From Bdellovibrionota bacterium (GTDB lineage: Bacteria; Bdellovibrionota_C; UBA2361; OMII01): a stretch of DNA of 28,318 bases. Positions 1-8,934 of the stretch are shown one piece after another. Numbering within the stretch: the first letter of the stretch is position 1; each line of letters begins with the position of its first letter. The notes beneath the pieces are model-generated. The model was not told the DNA's origin. It was given only the letters and a program-made list of their open reading frames with translations, and ran no database searches. The translations under genes were made by a program, and so were the position numbers. Where the stretch lies: assembly GCA_044345405.1 (NCBI GenBank), contig JBIJBE010000045.1:1-28318 (forward strand). The letters run 5' to 3'.

Positions 1-134
1 CTTCAAAACCTTTAAAGCTCTCTTCCCTCCTGATCCTCTTTCTTGTCGGCGCTGTGTCGACACGAAAGAGGTGACAGGCAGGTTTTGTCTACCCAATATG
101 AAACCGAAACGCGCTACGTGCGGCGAACCGGCGA

Positions 135-191
135 TGTCAAAGAACACATGGAAGCTCAGAGGGGCGCTGTTTCAACAACGAAACACCCGCC
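135..191 (-). promoter_or_regulatory. Putative rrn-leader antitermination element (boxB-like hairpin 191-163 followed by boxA-like TGTTCTTTGACA 146-135)
   Basis: Minus strand reads GGCGGGTGTTTCG-TTGT-TGAAACAGCGCC (hairpin), then TGTTCTTTGACA, a 10/12 match to E. coli boxA TGCTCTTTAACA. No rRNA sequence lies inside the window, so the downstream gene is inferred. Confidence 0.35.
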
Positions 192-481
192 ACACGCGGA
201 GCGAAAAAGCACACACCCGACGGCTTCCACCATCAAGCGTCATTCCACTATCGTTACCAAGTATGCGAGGCCCTAAAAGTGTGGCCACAAAGAAAATAAG
301 AACGCGTGCTCGGGTCACCTTGTAGGCGATATCTTTCGACATCGCTAAGGTCTCGCAAGAAAAGCGCGAGAGGAGCTTACTCGAAGGGGGAATCCCTTCG
401 GACTCGTGCCGAGAACTCAATCACCCTAACCCAAAAACACACGGTACTCAAATGTGGCTGAATGTCCAGCCATGAAGTTAG

Positions 482-494
482 TAAGCGCCTGATA
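482..494 (-). promoter_or_regulatory. IHF-consensus site
   Basis: Minus strand TATCAG-GCGC-TTA matches WATCAR-N4-TTR exactly, in intergenic DNA. Confidence 0.3.
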
Positions 495-544
495 TTGCGA
501 GATATTGAGTGGAAATTCGACTAAAGTCGTAGGAGAGAAGAGAG

Positions 545-580
545 GCCCGGTGGTTATAGTGAAAGCTACAACCACCGGGC
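545..580. repeat. Long inverted repeat / stable hairpin (possible terminator on the minus strand or part of a structured RNA)
   Basis: GCCCGGTGGTT (545-555) is the perfect reverse complement of AACCACCGGGC (570-580). The inner stem is capped by GAAA on the plus strand; the minus strand gives a 15-bp stem (one G-U) followed by a pyrimidine run. Confidence 0.7.
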
Positions 581-859
581 GTTCAAACCTTTCAGCCGAC
601 CTGTTCCCCTTCTGCGAGATGGCGAAGCGTAAGCATAAATACCCCGGTTAGGAGCACCTGCGAAGCGACGATCCAGGAGATGGGGGTCGTGTAGCGAATT
701 GCCGCGCTGAAAGCTGCGGCGATAGAACTTACATAAAGAGGGTGGAATGGATCCTTTTAGGTCCTTTTCTCGGACATTAGCACTGCCTCGATGCGCCCTC
801 TCCCGGATACCCCGGCTCCCCCATCAATTCCGACCACATTTCAGAGGGGGAGTTTTTGC

Positions 860-888
860 TTGACCTCGTCGCAACGCGCGTCTAACCT
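860..888 (+). promoter_or_regulatory. sigma70-type promoter of the trp operon
   Basis: TTGACC (860-865), 17-bp spacer, TAACCT (883-888). The predicted +1 falls at about 895, the leader-peptide ATG. Confidence 0.65.
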
Positions 889-894
889 GAACCT

Positions 895-951
895 ATGTTG
901 AAGAACGCTTCTACATCTCTTCCGTCCCTCGTCTGGACCATCTGGGCTTAA
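895..951 (+). CDS. trpL: trp operon leader peptide MLKNASTSLPSLVWTIWA (18 aa)
   Basis: ATG at 895, TAA at 949-951, two TGG codons (934-936, 943-945) just before the stop, 74 bp upstream of trpE, directly after the promoter. Below the size cut-off of the ORF track. Confidence 0.75.
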   Translation: MLKNASTSLPSLVWTIWA

Positions 952-1025
952 GCCCACTATACACCCCTGCCCACATCGCTGCGCCAAACACCAACGAGCC
1001 CCTAGGGTTTTATCGTGGATTAGCT

Positions 1026-2444
1026 ATGAAGATACGTACAACCTGCCTTACCACCATCTCTGATCTGACCTCCCCCGTCGCGGCCTACCTGCGACTCCGG
1101 GATCACTACGATAAGACCATCCTTCTTGAGGGATCGGACTACCACACCGCTCAGGACAGTCGCTCCTTCATCTGCTGCGAACCGATCGCGGAGCTTCGGA
1201 TCGACAACGGTATGGTACACCGCTCTTTCTCTGGGGTGAACGAAGAGCCACGACCAATAGCTTCAACAACGGGCTTCGCCGAGGAGATATCCTCCTTCTT
1301 ACAATCCTTCCAGATCGAGTCCGAGACGCTTCCCAAAGGAGTCGTAAACGGCATCTTCGGATACTCCTCGTGGGATTCGATTGAATACATGGAGAACTTG
1401 AAGTTCACAAAACCACGAGATCCTCGAGTATCCTTTCCCGAAGCTCGGTTCATCGCGTATCGGTATGTACTCGCCTTTAATCCCTTCAAGAGTGAGGCGT
1501 ACCTCCTTGAGAACCGTGTTGAGGGCGCGAAGCAGGACGATGGCGCGGCGGAGCTGCTGCGACGAGCGTTCTCTTCACAACCGAGAACTCATTCCTTTAA
1601 AGTTGTCGGACCGGAGAGGTCAGAGCAAACAGAAGAGGAGTTTCTTAACCTCATCCACACCTGCAAACGACACATCGCTCGGGGAGATGTCTTTCAGATA
1701 GTTCCATCTCGGCGGTACACGCAGCGCTTCGAGGGCGATGACTTCCAGGTCTACAGAGCGCTAAGAGTTATCAATCGCTCGCCCTACCTCTTCTACTGCG
1801 ATTACGGTGGATATCGTCTCTTCGGGTCATCACCGGAAGCTCAGATCGTGGTGCAAAATCGGACCGCGGGTATCTATCCGATCGCTGGGACAACCTTCCG
1901 CACCGGTGATGACACGCAAGACCGAGAGAAGGTTGAGCGACTCCTCGAGGATCCGAAAGAGAACGCCGAGCACTGTATGTTGGTTGACCTCGCTCGAAAC
2001 GATCTCAGCAGACACTGCAAGAACGTTCATGTGAGTGAGTTTCGAGACGTTCAGTACTTCTCGCACGTGATTCACCTCGTATCCAAGGTCGAGGGCACAC
2101 TGCCAGCCGATGGACTCGCTCCTCAGGTCATGAGCGATACCTTCCCGGCAGGCACGTTGTCTGGCGCTCCAAAGTATCGAGCGATGCAGATCCTCGATGA
2201 GAACGAGCCCCATAGACGGGGGCACTACGGAGGATGCGTTGGTTTCTTCGGATTTAATGGCGACGCCGTTCTCGCTATCATGATCCGGTCGTTCTTGAGC
2301 AAGGAGAACCAACTTATCTATCAAGCGGGTATGGGGGTCGTTCACGACTCCGTCCCTGAAACGGAGGTAGAGGAGGTGCACGCGAAGCTTCGCGCCCTCC
2401 GTCTCGCCATGAAACGCGCTGAAGAGATCTCGGAGGGTGTATGA
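1026..2444 (+). CDS. trpE: Anthranilate synthase component I
   Basis: GDVFQIVPSRR, GSSPE, PIAGT, KENAEHCMLVDLARNDL, TFPAGTLSGAPKYRAMQI, QAGMGVVHDS motifs; first gene of the operon. Confidence 0.96.
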   Translation: MKIRTTCLTTISDLTSPVAAYLRLRDHYDKTILLEGSDYHTAQDSRSFICCEPIAELRIDNGMVHRSFSGVNEEPRPIASTTGFAEEISSFLQSFQIESETLPKGVVNGIFGYSSWDSIEYMENLKFTKPRDPRVSFPEARFIAYRYVLAFNPFKSEAYLLENRVEGAKQDDGAAELLRRAFSSQPRTHSFKVVGPERSEQTEEEFLNLIHTCKRHIARGDVFQIVPSRRYTQRFEGDDFQVYRALRVINRSPYLFYCDYGGYRLFGSSPEAQIVVQNRTAGIYPIAGTTFRTGDDTQDREKVERLLEDPKENAEHCMLVDLARNDLSRHCKNVHVSEFRDVQYFSHVIHLVSKVEGTLPADGLAPQVMSDTFPAGTLSGAPKYRAMQILDENEPHRRGHYGGCVGFFGFNGDAVLAIMIRSFLSKENQLIYQAGMGVVHDSVPETEVEEVHAKLRALRLAMKRAEEISEGV

Positions 2445-3022
2445 AGATTCTCATGATCGATAACTACGATTCATTTACCTACAACCTCGTCCACATGCTC
2501 GAGACCTTCGACGGCGTGTCCGTAGTGGTGAAACGAAACGACCAGCTCACCCTCGATGATGTCGTTCCCTTTGAGAAGATAGTTCTCTCACCGGGTCCGG
2601 GAATTCCTTCGGAGGCAGGGCTGATGCCTGAGATCGTTCGGGCCTTCGCTGAGACAAAGAGCATTTTCGGGGTATGTCTCGGACACCAGTGCATCGGAGA
2701 GATCTTTGGCGGGACGCTACTGAACATCACGGCTCCGATTCACGGGAAAGCGACGCCGATAGAGATAACGGACCCCACAGAGCCGCTCTTTAAGGGGCTC
2801 CCTAAACGGTTTTCGATCGGACGGTACCACTCATGGGTAGTACAAAATGAGGGGCTCCCGAAGGAGATCCAGGTAACCGCTGTCGATGACGCGGGAAGCA
2901 TTATGGCGCTCCGCCATACCCGGCTCGATGTTCGTGGTGTACAGTTTCACCCAGAGTCGATTCTGACCGAACACGGTCGAACGATGCTTGAGAATTGGAT
3001 TCAACATGAACGAGCAGCTTAG
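2441..3022 (+). CDS. trpG: Anthranilate synthase component II (class I glutamine amidotransferase)
   Basis: IDNYDSFTYNL, LSPGPG, GVCLGHQ, RYHSW, GVQFHPES (Cys-His-Glu triad); ATGA overlap with trpE. Confidence 0.96.
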   Translation: MKILMIDNYDSFTYNLVHMLETFDGVSVVVKRNDQLTLDDVVPFEKIVLSPGPGIPSEAGLMPEIVRAFAETKSIFGVCLGHQCIGEIFGGTLLNITAPIHGKATPIEITDPTEPLFKGLPKRFSIGRYHSWVVQNEGLPKEIQVTAVDDAGSIMALRHTRLDVRGVQFHPESILTEHGRTMLENWIQHERAA

Positions 3023-3998
3023 TAAAACACTACAAGGTGAGAAGCTCTCCACTGAGGCGGCGCGAGCGTTGATGCTCGCCGCCCTTCAGGAGCCGATCAA
3101 GGAAGCTCAGGTGGCATCGCTCCTCACCGCTCTTACCATTCACGGCGTCTCGGTGGATGAGTTGGAGGGGTTCGTCGAGGCGTTGCTTGAACTTGCGCTC
3201 CCCGTAGACCTCGGCGCGACCGATCTGATCGACGTGTGCGGAACCGGTGGGGACGGCAAGGGAACCTTTAATATCTCCACCGCCACCGCTTTTGTGCTGG
3301 CGGCGGCGGGGTACAAGGTCGCGAAGCACGGCAATTACGCCGTATCATCCTCATGTGGAAGCTCAAACGTTCTTGAGGCCCTCGGCATTACCTTAACGAA
3401 CGATGAGGAGAAGCTTCGAAAAAGTCTCTCCAACACAGGGGTGTGTTTTCTTCACGCGCCCCTCTTTCATCCAGCCATGAAACGGGTAGCTGCTGTGCGA
3501 AAGGAGCTTGGATTCCGGACCGTGTTCAATATGCTCGGGCCTCTCGTCAATCCAGCCCGCCCATCGTTTCAGGTGAACGGTGTGTACAATCGAGAGATTC
3601 AAAGGTTGTACGCCTACGTGTTGGGGCGTCAGGGGAAGCGATTCGTTACTATCCATACGACGGACGGGTATGACGAGGTAACCCTCACCGCTCCCGTCAT
3701 CGTAATCACCGATCGGGGATCTCTTGAACTCGCTCCAGGGGATTTCGGCTTCTCGGCTATCAATCCCTCCGAGCTTGCCGCGGGCAGCACGGTCGAGGAA
3801 TCGGCTCACATCCTTCGATCTATCCTCAACGGAAGAGGCACCGCGGCACAACACAACGTTGTATCCGCTAGTGCTGGACTCACGATGTGGATGAAGGAGG
3901 GGTCGGGAACCCTTGCCGAACACGTTCAGAGAGCGCGTTCACTTATAACATCCGGGGACGCGGCTACGATCCTTGAGAGGAGTACTACACAGCTATGA
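3006..3998 (+). CDS. trpD: Anthranilate phosphoribosyltransferase
   Basis: DVCGTGGDGKGTFNISTA, KVAKHGN, FHPAMK, RTVFNMLGPLVNP, DGYDE. Start moved to ATG 3006 (MNEQLS), overlapping the end of trpG. Confidence 0.95.
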   Translation: MNEQLSKTLQGEKLSTEAARALMLAALQEPIKEAQVASLLTALTIHGVSVDELEGFVEALLELALPVDLGATDLIDVCGTGGDGKGTFNISTATAFVLAAAGYKVAKHGNYAVSSSCGSSNVLEALGITLTNDEEKLRKSLSNTGVCFLHAPLFHPAMKRVAAVRKELGFRTVFNMLGPLVNPARPSFQVNGVYNREIQRLYAYVLGRQGKRFVTIHTTDGYDEVTLTAPVIVITDRGSLELAPGDFGFSAINPSELAAGSTVEESAHILRSILNGRGTAAQHNVVSASAGLTMWMKEGSGTLAEHVQRARSLITSGDAATILERSTTQL

Positions 3999-4795
3999 AA
4001 AACATCTTACACGAAATCATTGAGTACAAGCGGGGTGAAGTCGCTGAGCGCAAGGAGCTTCATCCGATTAAGCTCCTCGAAAAGAGCATTTACTTTAACT
4101 CTACCCCGGTCTCACTTCGGAAGTACCTGCAACGCCCGGACAAGGTCGGCGTGATAGCGGAGATTAAACGACGCTCTCCATCGAAGGGAGATATTAATAA
4201 GTACATCTCCGTTGAGAACCTCTCCCTTGGCTACATGCAAGGGGGCGCCTCTGCGCTCTCCATCCTAACCGATTCGAAGTTTTTTGGGGGGAAAAGCGAC
4301 GATCTGACGACTGGGCGCAAATTTAATTTCTGCCCGATCCTAAGAAAGGATTTCATGATCGATCCGTACCAAGTCATCGAGGCGAAATCGATCGGGGCTG
4401 ATGTTATTCTACTCATAGCGGCGGCGATATCTCCGGAGCTCACCAAGGAGCTTGCGGCGCTCGCGAAGTCGTTCGGTATGGAGGTGCTCCTTGAGGTACA
4501 CAACGAACGGGAGATCGACACCCACCTGTGTGATGGGATTGATTTGCTGGGCGTGAACAATCGTGACCTTACGACGTTTAACGTCTCGACCACCATCTCC
4601 GAGGCGCTCGCGGACAAGATACCTTCCCACCTGGTCAAGATCACCGAGAGCGGTATCTCCGACGCCGAGACTATCGTTCGCCTCAAGAAGCTCGGCTATC
4701 AGGGGTTCCTGATAGGCGAAACATTCATGAAGACACCAAAGCCTGAGGTGGCGTGTCGTAAACTTATCGAACAGGTTGAGGCACTCCAGGGATAA
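3995..4795 (+). CDS. trpC: Indole-3-glycerol phosphate synthase
   Basis: IAEIKRRSPSKG, LSILTD, PILRKDFMID, LLEVH, GVNNRDL, ESGI, LIGE; ATGA overlap with trpD. Confidence 0.96.
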   Translation: MKNILHEIIEYKRGEVAERKELHPIKLLEKSIYFNSTPVSLRKYLQRPDKVGVIAEIKRRSPSKGDINKYISVENLSLGYMQGGASALSILTDSKFFGGKSDDLTTGRKFNFCPILRKDFMIDPYQVIEAKSIGADVILLIAAAISPELTKELAALAKSFGMEVLLEVHNEREIDTHLCDGIDLLGVNNRDLTTFNVSTTISEALADKIPSHLVKITESGISDAETIVRLKKLGYQGFLIGETFMKTPKPEVACRKLIEQVEALQG

Positions 4796-4796
4796 G

Positions 4797-5429
4797 ATGA
4801 AACGTTTACGGCTCAAAGTGTGTGGAATGAGGGATGGCGCCAACATCAGCGCCGTTGGCGAGCTTGCGCCCGATTATATGGGGTTCATCTTCGTTCACTC
4901 CTCGCCGCGGTACGTGGGTGACTCCATTCCCCCTCAAGCGGCTGCCCTTCCCTCCTCTATTACCCGTGTTGGTGTATTCCGCGATGCCCCACTGGATGAG
5001 GTTTGTGGGCTTATCGAACGCAACAACCTCGGAGGCGCGCAACTACACGGCGATGAAGACGATGGCTACCTTCGCGAATTGCGGCGACGGATGTCATCGC
5101 TCCTTATCGTGAAAGCCATCAAGGTCTCCACGGAGGGCGATATATCGGCGGTCTCAGAGCGTACGGAGTCACCGGACCTCTTTCTCCTTGATAGCGGAAG
5201 TGGAGGCACGGGCACTCCCTTCGACTGGAGTTGGCTTCAGTCATATAGCTCCGCTATTCCCTTCTTGTTGGCCGGTGGGCTTTCCCTCGCTAACATCGAC
5301 GAGGCTGTACAAGCGGCTCACACGTGCTCCTCACTTGTGGGACTAGATATCAACTCTCAATTTGAAACATCTCCAGGCATTAAAAATATTAAAGATATCA
5401 AAGAGGCATTAACGAGGTTGTCGATATGA
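4797..5429 (+). CDS. trpF: Phosphoribosylanthranilate isomerase
   Basis: [51 protein letters not shown]. Start set at ATG 4797, 1 nt after the trpC stop. Confidence 0.95.
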   Translation: MKRLRLKVCGMRDGANISAVGELAPDYMGFIFVHSSPRYVGDSIPPQAAALPSSITRVGVFRDAPLDEVCGLIERNNLGGAQLHGDEDDGYLRELRRRMSSLLIVKAIKVSTEGDISAVSERTESPDLFLLDSGSGGTGTPFDWSWLQSYSSAIPFLLAGGLSLANIDEAVQAAHTCSSLVGLDINSQFETSPGIKNIKDIKEALTRLSI

Positions 5430-6622
5430 AGCTAGCGGTAAATGAGCATGGATTTTTCGGTGAGTTCGGCGGGGCGTACGTCCCGGAGATGCTCTACCCA
5501 AACGTGAAAGAGCTACAGGAAAGATACCTGGAAATAACAGCCGACCCGCAATTTCAAACGGAACTCGACGCGCTCCTCAAGGATTACGCGGGGCGTCCTA
5601 CCCCACTCTTCCACGCGCAACGACTCTCTGAGGAGTACGGCTGCACGGTACTGCTCAAGCGAGAGGATCTCCTCCACACCGGAGCGCATAAGGTTAACAA
5701 CACGATCGGTCAGATCCTTCTGGCGAAGAGACTCGGAAGGAAGCGTATCATCGCTGAAACCGGCGCCGGGCAGCATGGTGTAGCGACAGCGACCGTATGC
5801 GCGCTCATGGGGATGCCGTGCGTTGTATACATGGGCGAGGTCGACATTAAGCGCCAGGCGTTGAACGTGGGGCGTATGCGACTCCTCGGCGCTGAGGTTC
5901 GAAGCGTTACCAGCGGCAGCAAGACATTGAAGGACGCCACAAACGAGGCGATGCGTGATTGGATCGCGAATCCTCACGATACTCACTACATTATCGGCTC
6001 GGTTGTAGGACCGCATCCGTTCCCCGATATGGTGGCTCGCTTCCAATCGGTGATTAGCGCCGAGATAAAGGAACAGTGCCTCAAGCGAGATGGGAAGCTC
6101 CCTACACACGTCATCGCGTGTGTCGGTGGTGGAAGCAACGCCATGGGTGGTTTCTTCCACTTTATTGAGGAGTCCTCGGTAAAACTGATCGGCGTCGAGG
6201 CCGCGGGGCACGGAGTTACAAGTGGCCGCTCAGCCGCGACGATCGCGCTCGGTCGAGAGGGAATCCTTCACGGCAGTCGCACCCTCTTTATGCAAACCGA
6301 TGATGGACAGGTCGAGGAGGCGCACTCTATCTCCGCGGGGCTCGATTATCCCGGTATCGGGCCGCAACACGCGCACCTTCACGTTTCAGGACGGGTGCAG
6401 TACGTACCAGCGACCGATGAGGACGCGCTACGAGGAGCGAAGATTCTAGCTCGTCGCGAGGGGATCATTCCTGCCCTTGAAACCGCTCACGCGGTGGCGC
6501 ACCTTTCGCGTATGTCGTTCGAACCGACTGACCGCGTCGTTGTAGTCATCTCAGGTCGCGGCGATAAGGACATGGGAACCTACCTAGAGGCATTTGGTGA
6601 GAGGATTAGCGATGACGTGTAG
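5426..6622 (+). CDS. trpB: Tryptophan synthase beta chain
   Basis: [16 protein letters not shown] (PLP lysine), [41 protein letters not shown]; ATGA overlap with trpF. Confidence 0.98.
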   Translation: MKLAVNEHGFFGEFGGAYVPEMLYPNVKELQERYLEITADPQFQTELDALLKDYAGRPTPLFHAQRLSEEYGCTVLLKREDLLHTGAHKVNNTIGQILLAKRLGRKRIIAETGAGQHGVATATVCALMGMPCVVYMGEVDIKRQALNVGRMRLLGAEVRSVTSGSKTLKDATNEAMRDWIANPHDTHYIIGSVVGPHPFPDMVARFQSVISAEIKEQCLKRDGKLPTHVIACVGGGSNAMGGFFHFIEESSVKLIGVEAAGHGVTSGRSAATIALGREGILHGSRTLFMQTDDGQVEEAHSISAGLDYPGIGPQHAHLHVSGRVQYVPATDEDALRGAKILARREGIIPALETAHAVAHLSRMSFEPTDRVVVVISGRGDKDMGTYLEAFGERISDDV

Positions 6623-7421
6623 CCGATTTGAACAACTTCCACAGAAGAACGCGTTGACGGTTTTTTTTACCGCGGGACATCCCCGTTTACAGGACACCCT
6701 TCCTATTATCTCAGCTTTGCAAGCGAGCGAAGTGAATATGGTAGAGGTTGGGTTTCCGTTCTCGGATCCTGTGGCCGATGGTCCAACTATCCAGGCGAGC
6801 AATCACGTAGCTCTTGGAAATGGGATGACGGTGGCGACCCTCTTTGAGCAACTCAAGAGCCTTCGCGGCGGCGAGATAACCGTTCCCGTTCTTCTCATGG
6901 GAAGCCTCAACCCGATCGAGCGATTCGGTCGCGAGCGATTCTTTGAAACAGCCGCACAGTGTGGCATTGATGGGATGATTCTTCCCGATATGCCCTTTGA
7001 GGAATACATCGCTCGCTATAAACCGCTCTACGAGCGGCACTCGATTAAGCCCGTATTCCTCATCACCTCTCGAACTGAGGAGTCTCGCATCAGGGCATTC
7101 GACGCCGAAAAGCCAGCGTTTCTGTATGTGGTGTCCTCAGACGCCGTTACCGGCGGCAAGGCAACGGTATCGGAGGAGCGAGACGCGTTCTTCAAACGAC
7201 TCGCGGATATGAAGCTCTCGAGCCGATTACTCGTTGGCTTCGGGGTCTCGGATCGCGAGAGCTTTCAAGCGGTCACCAAACACACCGCGGGCGCCATCAT
7301 CGGAAGCGCGTTCGTTAGAGCGCTTGAAAAAACCGCGCAGGGGTCCTCGCCAGATCAGAGCGATCGCGTAGCCCTTCAATCCACCGTGTCACAGTTTATA
7401 AAACAGGTAAGGTACGTATGA
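6612..7421 (+). CDS. trpA: Tryptophan synthase alpha chain
   Basis: [36 protein letters not shown]. Start set at ATG 6612, with GAGGA upstream. Confidence 0.96.
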   Translation: MTCSRFEQLPQKNALTVFFTAGHPRLQDTLPIISALQASEVNMVEVGFPFSDPVADGPTIQASNHVALGNGMTVATLFEQLKSLRGGEITVPVLLMGSLNPIERFGRERFFETAAQCGIDGMILPDMPFEEYIARYKPLYERHSIKPVFLITSRTEESRIRAFDAEKPAFLYVVSSDAVTGGKATVSEERDAFFKRLADMKLSSRLLVGFGVSDRESFQAVTKHTAGAIIGSAFVRALEKTAQGSSPDQSDRVALQSTVSQFIKQVRYV

Positions 7422-8425
7422 TCGTGACCCTCGCGCCTAACGCAACAGCGGACCACATCCGAGAGATATCGAGTTTTCTCGAAAAAAACGGGTGGAAGAC
7501 CACCCCAGTTCAAACGCAGAGCGCGCACTACCTAGTCGGTATCGGAACAAAAGATATCGACCTTCGACAGGTAAGCCATCTTCCTGGGGTACGTGATCTT
7601 CACCGGGTTACCGATGTCTACAAGCTCGTATCACGGGCGTGGAAGGTTAAGCCAACGCGGATTGATCTCGGCGATGGGGTCGTTATCGGCGACGGTTCAA
7701 TGACAATTATGGCGGGCCCGTGCTCAATCGAAGACGACAAGCAGGTCGCGGAAACGGTGGATTTCCTCGTATCTCAAGGGGTTCAGGTGATGCGTGGCGG
7801 CGCGTTTAAACCTCGCAGCTCCCCCTACTCCTTTCGCGGTCTCGGGCTTGAGGGACTCAAGATGTTCGCCTCAATCGCTCGCGAGAAAAGGGTAAAGGTC
7901 ATCACTGAGGTGCTCGACGTCAGCGCCATCGAACCGATGCTTGAGTACGTGGATGTGTTTCAGGTAGGCGCGCGTAACTCACAGAACTTCACCCTGCTCG
8001 ATGAACTCGGCAGAGTCGATAAACCCGTACTCCTTAAACGCGGCCTCTCGGGAACTCTTGAGGAGCTCCTTCAATCAGCGGAGTACATCTTCTCGAAAGG
8101 GAATGAGAGGGTGATTCTCTGCGAGCGCGGCATCCGCACGTACGAAAAGGCGTACCGAAATACGCTCGACCTCAACGCGGTTCCGTACCTCAAGGAGAAG
8201 TCCCACCTTCCGGTGGTCGTTGATCCATCACACGGAATCGGACTCCGTAAGCACGTCCCCGCTATGGCACTCGCAGGCGCTGTCGCTGGTGCCGATGGGC
8301 TCCTTATCGAGATACACAAGTGCCCTGAGGAGGCGCTCTCCGACGGAGCACAGACCTTAAGCTTCGAGGAAGCCACGGAGCTGTTCGGGAAGCTTAAGCG
8401 GCTTGCGGCGGCGGATCTTCGCTAA
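7418..8425 (+). CDS. aroF: Type I-beta DAHP synthase with short N-terminal regulatory (ACT/ferredoxin-like) domain
   Basis: MAGPCSIE, RGGAFKPRSSPYSF, QVGARNSQNF, LLKRG, CERGIRT, VDPSHG, SDGAQTL; ~70-aa N-terminal extension; ATGA overlap with trpA. Confidence 0.92.
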   Translation: MIVTLAPNATADHIREISSFLEKNGWKTTPVQTQSAHYLVGIGTKDIDLRQVSHLPGVRDLHRVTDVYKLVSRAWKVKPTRIDLGDGVVIGDGSMTIMAGPCSIEDDKQVAETVDFLVSQGVQVMRGGAFKPRSSPYSFRGLGLEGLKMFASIAREKRVKVITEVLDVSAIEPMLEYVDVFQVGARNSQNFTLLDELGRVDKPVLLKRGLSGTLEELLQSAEYIFSKGNERVILCERGIRTYEKAYRNTLDLNAVPYLKEKSHLPVVVDPSHGIGLRKHVPAMALAGAVAGADGLLIEIHKCPEEALSDGAQTLSFEEATELFGKLKRLAAADLR

Positions 8426-8934
8426 AACGTAAGGAACACTCACTTGTGAGTAAAGCGCTACCCATATTCGGGACCTCGCACGACTTCTGCGCATGTAGCG
8501 ACTGATCACTTTCATACGAGGCTTATGATTTCAGTTCTCAGTCTGAGGTTTGAGGCGTTCCCGCCTACGCTCTAGCGAGCTATGGCGGGCAAGCCGCTTG
8601 CCTGTCCACCGTGGCTCGTGAGAGTGTAGGTGAAAGTCTTCTGGCTTTCGTTTCTCAAGTCTCCGTTGATATTCGTCTCTTCCTTGAAATTCACCGATGG
8701 CCCCGGAGCTTGTCGTCTCTCGGGCGAGGCGAGTGCTCAACGCTATTATTTCACGGTCCTCAGAAAGGATCGTAACACAGCGATTAACGCTACGCTTCTT
8801 TAGTCGGATGCATTGGTTGTACTGGTACGACTTGTGAGTATTTTGATGTCTCAAACTGGGCTGTTAGCTTGATTCGGCTCGTGTATCTTCGGCTCAAGTA
8901 GATTCCTCTGCCCTAAGGCAGAATAACAAAGAGA

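Noticed and set aside
43-420. Three short overlapping ORFs (43-276 +, 71-325 +, 172-420 -)
   Set aside because: TTG/GTG starts, no recognisable motifs, mutually overlapping; the region is better explained as structured non-coding DNA.
619-651. Micro-ORF MAKRKHKYPG
   Set aside because: Ten codons, no SD, no regulatory codon bias; expected by chance.
520-858. tmRNA, RNase P, 6S, SRP, glycine or cobalamin riboswitch, or group I/II intron as the identity of the structured tract
   Set aside because: Diagnostic motifs are missing (no tRNA-like ends with a tag frame, no GAGGAAAGUCC, no domain V). Only fragments such as GGAGAG and CTTTCAG are present.
4280-6668. Homopolymer runs in trpC (T6G6A4 at 4280-4295) and trpA (T8 at 6661-6668) as frameshift or phase-variation sites
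   Set aside because: They encode ordinary residues (FFGGK, VFF) in intact full-length frames, and no alternative product is evident.
1020-8376. Alternative-frame and antisense ORFs overlapping the trp operon (and similarly inside other called genes)
   Set aside because: They overlap well-supported genes entirely and carry no recognisable motifs.
8531-8854. 107-aa minus-strand ORF downstream of the orphan
   Set aside because: TTG start, Arg-rich composition typical of spurious frames, no motif. It cannot be excluded but is unsupported.
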